Assembly (NCBI GenBank): GCA_026025075.1
Contig: JAPEUI010000023.1
Location: forward strand, 124,001-188,000
Direction of reading: 5' to 3'
Length of the DNA stretch: 64,000 nucleotides
From: Vezdaea acicularis
Lineage: Eukaryota
Below are positions 25,362-35,941 of this stretch, in pieces. The notes under the pieces are model-generated. The model was not told the origin of the DNA. It was given only the letters and a program-made list of their open reading frames with translations, and searched no databases. Positions within the stretch are counted from its first letter, which is position 1; every line of letters begins with the position of its first letter. Made by a program: the position numbers and the translations under genes.

Positions 25362-26893
25362 ACGAAAACCTCTCCTTGTGGCCGAAGAAAGATTGGCGGT
25401 AATAAATGATAGATTTGAGGAACTTATGAGAGCTCGGACGGTTACCGGCGCACGAATTGACGTGGTTTCAAGATGCAACATGATGTACTTCGATCGGTCT
25501 TGGGAATTCAGAGTACCAGTCTACCTAGAAACCCTCACTGACGGCCACCGAGACATGCTATATCAAATATAACTCGATCACCTGCCGTAAGAATACCCCG
25601 TGGTTCTGTTGTGCCTCTCCGGGTATTTTCTCTACCTCGTCTTTAACTTACATGCTCTCTTTCGGGTTGCTGACCCTTGTTATTTCTGCTGCTATTAAGT
25701 TCCTGACCTGGTCTCTTCGATCTCTAAGATCGCCCTTCAACTTCTCGCCCCCGTTGCTGTTGCTGCTACGCTTCGTACTGGTCTATTTGCCTCTTTCGCT
25801 CCTTCCCTGTTACCCGATCACATCTCTCCCGGTTCAACTACTACCCTCTCCTTGCATATTTTTAGTGCAACGATTTCGACTTAGCTCTCTGCACTGCTTG
25901 TATAGAAGAGTAAGGGACCTTGATCGATGCTTTCTAATTTTGTAGATGATCTCTCATCAGTTCTCCAACCTGGCAGCTCTGGGAGAGTGTACAATAATCG
26001 AAGCGTCAAGCGCGTGTCACTTTTTCCGTTTGAATGGAAAAAGTCGACTCTATCTCTAACAGCTTCCAATAGAGGAAAGCGTCGCATAAAATGGCTCGTC
26101 ACCTTAAAGTTGCCATTTCGTAGGTCAGATACTCCTTGAATTCATTGTGCCGCCGCTTGATGTTCGGGATCTTCCGCAAATAACTTGTCTTCACTATTCC
26201 TATGAGACATGGTGAAACTCGTGTATCATGTCAGCCCGAACGCAGCGTTGTTCGCATTCTTGCTACGATGGTGATGAAAATTGATCCGAGCATCAAACAC
26301 GAAAGCTATGTAAGGAAGGTGCGAGAAAAGATGTGATGACCTCCAGTTGAATCACAAAGATATGCAGTGCTAGAAACGAAGAGGCAAATTTCTGAAACGA
26401 GGCGAAAAGTATGGACCCCAAGAAGATGTTTGGGCGCAGGGCAATAAGGTGGCATCCGAGCTCTAAAGAGTTATACCTATCGAAGACTTAAGAATACAGG
26501 TTTCAGGATCTAGGATGTGAAGGATGTGATTGTGGCGTTCGATCCTGCGCGCAGACACCCTCAAAAGGTACAAACGCGCCATACATGGCACTTACCATGC
26601 TTTTTTAAGCACAGTGCTCGGAAAATATTCCCTTTCTTAAGAAATGATGGAAGCAATGTCTAGCAAATGGGGCACTTTTCAATTCAAAATTGAAATCAGC
26701 TTCCAATGTGCTGTCTCAAACGTACCTTGGGACGACACTCCGTTCTGAGAAGTTTATTGGATTCTGATTCTAGAGCAACATAATAACTATAAAAAATACC
26801 ATGGACTTGCTGCTCTTGTCTCGTTTTTGATTCTGTTTCTTATCATACAATAGTGCTCTACCTTTACTTTGGCAGCGGATAAAGCCTTACAAA

Positions 26894-27779
26894 ATGCTCA
26901 AATCATTTATTGCGCAGCTTTTTGCACTTTTCTTGCTTACTGCTTCTTTCTCTTCAGCCGGCTTTCTGGACGCAATAGTGAAGACTGTTGCGAAGGTATT
27001 GAAACCTAGCGGAAAGATCAGCAGTCATATCTCAACCGCGATCGAAAGTGCTCCAGGACATGTTGCAACCGCCATTGCTAATGGCGCTGGACTTGTTGTA
27101 ATAAGTAATGGTTTTACTTCAACCAGCACGCAAGATACATCCGCTCTGCCAACCGTTTCCGGCCCTGGCGCGCCAACTACTGTAGTCTCAACACTACTCA
27201 ACCCAGGGGTGCCAACTTCTACTGTAGTCGCAACACTACTCGATCCGGGGACGCCAACTTCTAACTTAGTTCAAACAGCAGCTTTCACTTCAAGCGCTCT
27301 CCAGGCTCTCCCGACCGATGCCGAACTGTATAAGACCGACATAATCTCTATAGGAGATTGGAACCAGGGTGCCGATGGACTTAGTTTCGATATCTCTGAC
27401 CCGGATGAGGGCGAAGGCAACGGCATATGTGACTATTATTATCAATATTACGATGGCGTACCGTACTACTATCGCAACACCCTCTATTCTTGCGACCCTC
27501 CAACATACGGATATGTATTCCTAGACTACCAATATCAAGAGGCTCTTGATGGTACGATAAGCGCATATCAGGTTATGGGCTTATTTCACGAGTAGGTCCT
27601 CGGTATCATCTTATTAAACATACTAATACCATTCAAATAGCATTCTTTTCGTGGATTCTACAGTAAGACGGTGGGCGTTGGCTTTGAGTCCAGGTGAAGA
27701 CTTGTCAACCCCCTTCACCGTATCAAATATTACTGCTGTCTATATAGGCAATCTCACCTTACCGAATGGTGGCCTTTGA
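26894..27779 (+). CDS. Secreted protein: signal peptide, Thr/Pro repeat linker, small acidic/aromatic C-terminal beta-domain
   Basis: MLKSFIAQLFALFLLTASFSSA; repeat PGxPT(S)TVVxTLLx at 27163-27262; FDISDPD...C...YSCDP. Intron GTAGGT...CTAAT...TAG (~27592-27640), exon 2 ends at TGA 27779. Confidence 0.8.
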
Positions 27780-29204
27780 GATTGAGATCCTTGCAAAGTC
27801 GTAAGCATCTGGAATCTTGTTAGAGTGCGGGAAAAGAGAAGTGCACAGTCGGAAAAATACTATGAGGTACAAAGCGCATACATGAAGGGAAGGGCCTGGC
27901 TAGAGGATCTCAGAAACAGTCTTTCATTCTTTATCATTAGACTCTATACTTTGTTTTTTTTTTCTTTTAAGACGCTCCTTTCGAATCATTAGGGCATTAT
28001 GCAAATCCGCTGCCTCGTTGACGTAATGATGCTGCCCCTTGAGCACTCGCTGTCCGCAATTTCTTCACCCATTCAAAGGTTTCCCCGCAACACTTTTTGC
28101 AGTGCAGCGATATCAAACTGCACCAATATGATATCCTAGCTACGTCTGATCATTGCCGATAAAACGTCACAGAAAGACGCGTTTATGATATTAAATCCAG
28201 ACACTACCCATGCGACGTTATACCTGGAGCATTTAGTGAGCCCCTTAGTACGCGGCAATGTGCGCGTCGGCAGTAATTCAAGGACTGTGACACCAGCTAC
28301 CGTACACACAATCTCAGCCCGTCCTCATTGGCAATACACTGTGGGAGCTTGCAGGCACATGGTTTTGTAGGTTTTGATTTTTTTCATGGGCTTAGTTATT
28401 GTGGGGGAACCCCTGCTTAATGCGCCATCAATTTTGTCTACAGCTTCGGAGGTTCACTAGGGCCCTTAACACGACAGGCTTTGCTAAGTTATGGTTCAAC
28501 ATATATTTGAGCAGGACCTGCTGTTGCAAGCCCGAAGCCTCGAGGCCGTGTACTCGTGAAGCTGAACCCTCAAAAGGTGGGCGAAGTCCCCCGCAGCCAA
28601 TCGAGGCGGAGACCGCTCGCTAAGGGAGGGCTGCGCCGAACACCTCCACCACCAAAACACCGACCCCACCCAATCGCAGTCCCTGCGCCTCGGGGATTTG
28701 TTCGACGAACGAGGCAAGCGATTCCAACGGCCCTCTCGCGCTCAGCTGCGCGCAGGGCGCGTCCTTCCTGGTCCTTTTCTTAGGATTAGGTTATGGCCTG
28801 CCTTGCGGTCCCGACTGTAGATGCGGTGTGTCTTATGCGGTGAAGGGCTAGGATATGGGCATTTGCCAGTGTGGGATACCCTTACTCAATGTTGCTATGC
28901 TCTGGACATGTTCTTTTCTGGGGACTGGAGCTTCCATTTTGTTACGAGATCGCATAGCTCCCATCTCTTAGGGCTAAGCCAACCCGCTAGCCTGCGGTTC
29001 ACTTTACATTGTATATGTACCATGGTAACGAAGATCACCTCAAGGTGCTCTCACGCTACTGTGATTTCTATCCCTTCAAGTTATCCATTGAGATGATCAT
29101 AAGGCCGCTTCTTGCACCAAGATCTATGCTTATTGAGTATAAGCATTGATATTGTTATTTCACCGTTCGTTACTATATATCTGTCTCCCGTTCCATCCGC
29201 AGCG

Positions 29205-29996
29205 ATGGCAACCATAGTCTCATCAGCAGCGTCGTCGGACGTTCTGACCGGCGCTTCTTCAACGCAGCAAACTGCCCCATCATCGACTGCAACATCAGGG
29301 CTGTCATCCTCGCCGCCGCCATCTTCATCCTCATCCCCGCTATCAGGGACGTCCTCTTCGCCATCTTCAAGCATCACTAGCAGCTCGACTTCAAGCGCAA
29401 CATCCTCCTCCTCAGCACAACGGAGCGGCATCTGCAGCACGCACGCATCATGCATCCCCGTCATAGTCTCAGTAGTAGTTATCGTCGTTGTAATCCTACT
29501 CGCCATAGCAGCCTACGTATGCGTTTCTCGGCGGCGTCGAAAGCTGCAAGAGGAAGTGTACTGGGCTCGCAGACGGCGTGACCGACGGTTATCAAACTCG
29601 TCCCCGCTTTTACAGGCACCGGATCGAACTCATTCGCCGCATTCTCATCGTTCTCATCATCATCACCGAGAGGAGAGTAGGGGGCGTGAGGGAGAGAAGT
29701 ATCTGAAGCCTTGGAGAGGCGAGGACATAGAGCTGGATGATGAGGGCTATCGCACCCCACGGGAGATGTCGAGGAGTCCGCCGCCAGAGTACGGAGCAAG
29801 AGAGAGAGAGGCAGAGCAAGAGAGGAGTAGGGGGCATTGCTGCAACGGAAATTGTGGTGGTGGTACGGGGTTCAACTGCGATTTTGGGGCGTGGCAGTGT
29901 GGGGAGTGTTGTGTGTGTCTTGGGGGTTGCTGTAGTAGTTTGGGGGATTGCTGTGGGAGTTGTGGTGACTGTGGGGGTTGTAGCTGCAGCTGCTAA
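29205..29996 (+). CDS. Single-pass membrane protein: Ser/Thr ectodomain, His patch, Cys-rich C-terminal tail
   Basis: Ser/Thr tract, TM IPVIVSVVVIVVVILLAIAAYVCV followed by SRRRRK, HSPHSHRSHHHH, and 17 Cys in the last 52 residues, ending CSC. Confidence 0.8.
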   Translation: MATIVSSAASSDVLTGASSTQQTAPSSTATSGLSSSPPPSSSSSPLSGTSSSPSSSITSSSTSSATSSSSAQRSGICSTHASCIPVIVSVVVIVVVILLAIAAYVCVSRRRRKLQEEVYWARRRRDRRLSNSSPLLQAPDRTHSPHSHRSHHHHREESRGREGEKYLKPWRGEDIELDDEGYRTPREMSRSPPPEYGAREREAEQERSRGHCCNGNCGGGTGFNCDFGAWQCGECCVCLGGCCSSLGDCCGSCGDCGGCSCSC

Positions 29997-30446
29997 AGGG
30001 TGGATCGCATCCGTCATTGTCATAGTGCCTTCGAGGTGGTAAAATAGGGGGTTGCCTGAGACTAGGGCCGGCGAAATAATCGTCGCTTGCTTTTAATCAC
30101 AAGTCATAATGTGACATGAAATGTAAAAGATCAAGTTACATATCAACAAGCTAAAGCTGAAGACGTAGATTACCAGAATGAAAAGGAAGACATGGTGACC
30201 GCCTGTTGCAGCATCGCATTGATTGCTACTTTCGCTAGGAGTCCAAGTTTCCCTCTCCCCTCTGCTTCGCAACCGCCATTAGACACATCAACCATCGACG
30301 CTCCATCACCAGCCTAATGAGAGTGCAACATGAGGATCGTCTATCGTAGGAATGCTCCCCCCATGCCAAACGACACCGGAGGGTTCGAAGGGCGCCGCCA
30401 TGCTACTTACGCCGTGTTGCCAATCTGATTTGTATTGTGTATCCAT

Positions 30447-31399
30447 CTAACAGCACCCGCCAGCAGCTCCTGATTGTACACCCTGTCCAGCACCAACTTG
30501 GACAGTTGGCTTGTTGTTGACTGTTGTGGTGCCCATCCGTTCTTTGATTTGCCGGGCCATGGTCAAGAAAGCTTGCTCGACATTTGATGCGTTCTTCGCT
30601 GAGGTCTCGAGGAAAGGGATGCCAATGCTGTCAGCAAATTCCTAGGTCGCGGCGTGTTAGCACAACCCTATACGTAGTATCCCCACATCAACCTTACTTT
30701 CGCTACGGTATACTCGACTTGCTTCTTATCCGACATATCACTCTTATTTCCTACGAGTAACTTATTCACACCTTCGGTAGCATAGCGATCGATCTCTTGC
30801 AGCCACTGCTTTACGCTGTTGAATGACTCCATATCCGTCACATCGTAGACAATGCAGATTCCATGAGCACCACGGTAATAGGATGAGGTGATGGTCCGGA
30901 ACCGTTCTTGACCCGCAGTGTCCCACTAGATAATGTCAGTAGCCGTGGTGGCGGAGCCAATTTAGCCGCAGAGCGAGCAAGAGCGACTCACGATTTGGAG
31001 CTTCACAGTCTTTCCATCTAACTCGATCGTTCGGATTTTCTGTCCCAACCTGTCAGCCTTACGTAGATACGTCCTACGTGTCGGGGCCCTACGAAATCAA
31101 CGCCGATTGTCGAGATATAGCTCTCGGTGTATGTGTCGTCAGCGAATCGAAGCAAAAGACATGACTTTCCTACACCGGAGTTTCCGATGAGGAGAAGCTT
31201 GAAGAGATAGTCGTATCTGTTGAGTAAAGACGTCAGCTCTGCGCCGCTCACGAAGGCCACTGTGGCTTGAATAGCCGCTTAGATATTCAAGTTTGATAAT
31301 TAAGCTAACTCTACAGATGGAGAAAGAGTCAGCAAGACGATCTAATCACATGTTGCCTAAAGGTAATTCTTCAAAGGATACGCACCACTCAGGATTCAT
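30447..31399 (-). CDS. YPT1: Rab1/Ypt1 small GTPase
   Basis: [51 protein letters not shown]-terminal GGCC*. Four intron positions. Confidence 0.97.
31217..31388 (-). other. Nested spliceosomal twin intron (stwintron, [D3,4]) in ypt1
   Basis: GA|GTG[GTGCGT..GCTGAC..TAG]AGT..GCTGAC..CAG|ATAC. The internal intron is 31385-31311 (75 nt); its removal creates the donor GTGAGT of a 97-nt external intron. Confidence 0.8.
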
Positions 31400-31998
31400 T
31401 ATGCTTGGTGGACAAAGGCGATGGCAAGTTTTGATGTAGATCTGAGCAGAGCTGGACTAGGTAGTTAAAGGAAGAAAAGGGATTTAGGGAAGCCTGAGGA
31501 GTTGATGAAGCAGGGGATTCAACGTGAATATGATGTGAATGTTGTAACTGTGAGAAAGTATGTTAATGGGCGTCAGTCGCCTTAGCGATTCAATGGCGGC
31601 GTTTGGCGCCACTAAACCCCTTTGGGATCACCAGCGAACCACGGCGTTCAACTATGTTTTCGCATCTAGTGGGGTAGAGAAGTATGGGCTTGATGCGCGA
31701 TTCGGGATGACTCCGCTGTCTTTTGGGGAGTGTATGAAGGTTCTATGGGGCGCTTTGTTGGTCCAAGATGTTCTTTTGTTTACGGCGCAAGCCCCGTGCG
31801 CAAAGGTTCAAACGGAAGCTGCACGCTACTGATCCTTAAATTAGGGACATCCGACCCCGCCAAATGTTTTGGTCCGAGCCATTGTTCACAACAAGCTTGC
31901 CCTAGGTTTCTTCGTGCAAGTAATTTGCTCCGCCCGGTTGTGACTTTTTGTCTCAACACCATTTCATAGCTTTCACCATCTTGCCCGCTAGAGGGTCC

Positions 31999-34900
31999 AT
32001 GAGCATGGCAACTTATGATCGAGATGTCCTGCCGGACACGTAAGTCAACTTGGGTGAAAAGTGATGGCAGCAGTTCATGATATGAGCGTTATAAATCATT
32101 CTGCAGCCTAGACTTAGTATTACCCTCTCAGGTTAGGGTTTGTGTTGACTCAAATACTAGGGTTAAGCCAACGAATTATGCAATTGACTTATTTGATGTG
32201 GAGCTTGGCGGAGCGTTCAGCTACAAAGGCTTCGTCAAGATTGATCTCAAGATCACGAAGGGGACCAATGAAGTTGTACTGAATGCGATAGATCTCAAAA
32301 TCCATGATGCTATGGTCCAAGTCGAACATACCAAAAGTAGGTCCACACACCCTTTCGAAGCATTGGAGCGGCACTCCTGTGCCACCACGTCCCGCAGTAG
32401 TCAGATACCACATGGAGGATCCCAGAGACTCTTCTCCTTTGCGAGATAGGCGCGCTCCTCAAGCTCTATCTCGGTCACTGGACTCAGAAGGTGGTCGAGT
32501 TCGTTGGCTCTGGGAAATGGCGGCTTCTCTGAGGGCGTTCAAAACCTGGATGCATCCCCAGAATGGAATCGATGAGATACGATTCTGGCTGCCAAAGGAT
32601 TATCACTGCCAAGGCGGGGCGTGGTGGCCTGCAAGCCTCATACATTTGGTGTGAAGCTTGACGCAAAAGAAGCTTATGTGCTCTGCAGCTCAGGAAACCT
32701 TCAAGGCATCAGAGATCAAGCATGACGAGAAGACTCAGCGAGTCCATCTAGTCTTCCCAGGGCAGCTTCCTGTATCTAATGGAAGTCTGTCCATTAATTT
32801 CACCGGGACGATCAATAATTCTATGGTAGGGTTTTACAGGTCAAAATACAAGCCTGTAGCCCCTCCTGTAGCATCTGTCCCAAAAGATGGTGACTCTCAC
32901 GTCATGTTTAGCACTCAGTTCGAGTCATCAGATGCTCGACGGGCCTTCCCTTGCTTTGATGAGCCAAACTTGAAGGCCACATTTGAGGTCACCATAGAAA
33001 TTCCACAAGATCAAGTTGCATTGAGCAATATGCCAGAGAAAGTCACCAAAGATGCCAAGAAGGCGGGTTTTAAGGTCGTAACATTTGAGAAAACTCCGAT
33101 TATGTCCACATATCTGTTGGCATGGGCTTTTGGTGATTTCGAATATGTTGAAGACTTCACGAGGCGAAAGTACAACGGCAAAAGTTTACCAGTTCGCGTA
33201 TATACGACCAAGGGCCTTAAAGAGCAAGGGAAGTTCGCCTTAGAGAATGCTCATCAGATTGTTGACTACTTCTCGGAGGTTTTTCGTATTGATTATCCGC
33301 TTCCAAAGGTAGACCTCCTAGCGGTACATGAATTCTCTCACGGTGCTATGGAGAATTGGGGCTTGATCACTTATCGAACAACGGCGGTGCTCTATGATGA
33401 AGCTGCATCTGATGAACGCTACAAGAATAGGGTTGCCTACGTGGTAGCCCATGGTGAGTATTGATCATCTGGACTCATGTAATCGAGTGCTCACTATTTT
33501 TAGAGCTTGCACATCAATGGTTTGGAAACCTCGTTACAATGGATTGGTAAGTCGGGAACACTATTTGAGAGCGCTCTCAAATCTGATGGTCGCAGGTGGA
33601 GTGAGCTATGGCTGAACGAAGGCTTTGCAACATGGGTGGGGTGGCTAGCAATTGATCACCTCTTTCCCCACTGGAATGTATGGGGGCAATTTATCGTACG
33701 TCGGAAATCGCGAGGCAAGCTTTTCTCATCCCAGAGCTGACTGGCGTTATAGACTGGAGGTTACGAAACAGCCTTCCAACTGGACTCATTACGAGGCTCT
33801 CATCCCATTGAAGTGCCGGTGAAGGATGCCCTCGAAATCGATCAGATCTTCGATCATATAAGCTATTTCAAGGGCAGCTCAGTTATTCGCATGCTTAGTG
33901 CTCATCTTGGAGAGGAGACATTCCTGCTTGGTGTCTCGAATTATTTAAAAACACATAAATATGGTAACGCTACAACGACTGATCTTTGGGCCGCCCTCAG
34001 TGATGCGTCAAAGCAAAACGTCAATGAGCTAATGGACAACTGGATAAGGAAAATTGGCTTCCCTGTCGTGACGGTGGCCGAAGAGCCTGGCCAGATAACG
34101 GTCCGACAGTCCCGGTTTCTCTCCACAGGTGACGTAGAGCCTCAAGAAGATCAAACTCTGTGGTGGATCCCCCTTGGGCTTCACCTTGGTGAAGAGGGTT
34201 CTAAGGGGCCGGCAGAAGTGCTCACCATAAAGGAAAATACGATTCGAGGGATCGATGACACTTTCTACAAGCTGAACGCCGGTCAGACTGGGTTTTATAG
34301 GACAAATTATCCCGCAGCGCGACTAGCTAAACTCGGGGCCATGAAGGACAAGCTCACAGTGGAGGACAAAATCGGTCTCATCGGCGACGCTGCCGCTCTG
34401 GCCTTGGCAGGTGAGGGAACCACAACCGGCCTGCTCGCATTCATCGAAGGCTTCTCGACCGAATCGAGCTACTTGGTCTGGTCACAAATCACCTCCTCCC
34501 TCGCCAACGTGCGCTCCATCTTCGCCGACGACGCCAAAGTAGCCGCCGGCCTCAAAAAGTTCACCCTCAAGCTCGTGACCCCCGCCGTCGAGAAAATCGG
34601 ATGGGAATTCCACCCTCACGACGACTTCCTGACCGGCCAACTCCGCGCCCTGCTCATCAACACCGCCGGCACCGCCGGCCACGAGGGCGTCATCTCCGAA
34701 GCCCAGCGCCGCTTCAAGTCCTACACGACCGGCGCCGACAAGCAAGCCATCCACCCCAACCTGCGCCTCGCCATCTTCCGCACCGTCATCGCCCACGGCG
34801 ACCGCGCCGAGTACGACGCCGTCAAGAATGAATACCTGCACACCACCTCCGTCGACGGCAAAGAGATCTGCCTCGCCTCCCTCGGCCGCGTCCAGTCCCC

Positions 34901-35282
34901 CACCCTACTTGACGACTTCCTCGACTTCGCCTTCTCCCCCGCCGTTTCCCCCCAAGACCTGCACACCTGCGGCGCCGCTTTGGCCCGCAACCCCTCCACG
35001 CGTCTCGGTCAATGGGAATATCTAAAAGCGCACTGGGACGCCGTCCACGCGAAACTAGGACACCCCCCGACCGTCCTCGACCGCTTTTTGAAATTCAGTC
35101 TGAATCAATTCGCCTCTTTTGAGCTCGAGCAGGACATTGCTACTTTCTTCGCGGATAAAGATACGAGAGCCTATGACCGCGGTCTCGCCGTCATCGCCGA
35201 TTCCGTCCGCGCCAATGCCCGGTATAGGGCTAGGGACGCCGGCGTTGTCGAGGAATGGCTCGCCGCGCATGGGTATTTGTGA
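31999..35282 (+). CDS. M1-family aminopeptidase (Ape2/puromycin-sensitive type)
   Basis: TQFESSDARRAFPCFDEP, GAMENWGL, spliced [40 protein letters not shown]. Five introns. Confidence 0.96.
32350..32647 (+). ncRNA. Candidate intron-encoded H/ACA snoRNA or other structured RNA
   Basis: Lies in a 352-nt intron (32337-32688). Stems CCCAGAG/CTCTGGG and CGAGATAG/CTATCTCG, H-box-like ATACGA at 32577-32582, a 3' hairpin, and ACA at 32642-32644 just upstream of the branch region. The 5' end is uncertain. Confidence 0.45.
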
Positions 35283-35941
35283 TGGATTGTGGGGTTGGGG
35301 AGCTCATCACTTCTCACGGTATCACGGTATCACGGTATCACAAATATACGCGCGCGCACACGAGACATGTAACCCCAGTAATGAAAACCGGCAGCGGGAA
35401 TAAATGATGGGGTTTAGGTAAAGCGGGGGGAGGGGGAAATGGATCAAAGCTAGGAGAGTAGGTATTTGTAAGTAGGTAGAACTAAGGTATGGTACGGTAA
35501 GGTGTATGAAAGACAGGAATATAAGATTTCTTCGATTTAATTCAATTCAACCCAATCAATCAAGCACTCCCTTCTCTCTCTCTCCAACACCGCCGGAGAT
35601 GAAAAAGAAGAAGAAAAGGAGAAAATTGAAAAGAAAAAAAGTGACCCCTGAAAAAAAGTTCTTGTGCCAATGTGATCATTCGCAGTTTGGGGGTTCAGAT
35701 AGATCGCATTCTTTCGCTTTCGCTGCCCCATCGCCGTGACTGATTGGATTCTGTGCTCGTTCTACTCGTGCTGGTGGAAGATTTGAAGTGAAAAAAAGCC
35801 GGAGCTGGAGGACGCTGATTGGCAATTTCCATTACGCTTCCACCTCTCTCCCTTCCAGACAACAACTCCCTCCCTCCACCCCTATTACCCCCCTCTACCC
35901 CCCTCTGATACACCCCTACCTTTCCCCGCAACGCATCCGCC

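Noticed and set aside
31160..31185. P-loop GNSGVGKS instead of GDSGVGKS in Ypt1
   Set aside because: The same variant occurs in yeast Ypt1, so it is not inactivating.
31310..31310. Alternative reading of ypt1 intron 1 as two introns around a 1-nt microexon (A, then donor GTTAGC)
   Set aside because: This gives GAG TGA, a stop at codon 5, and cannot produce MNPEYDY.
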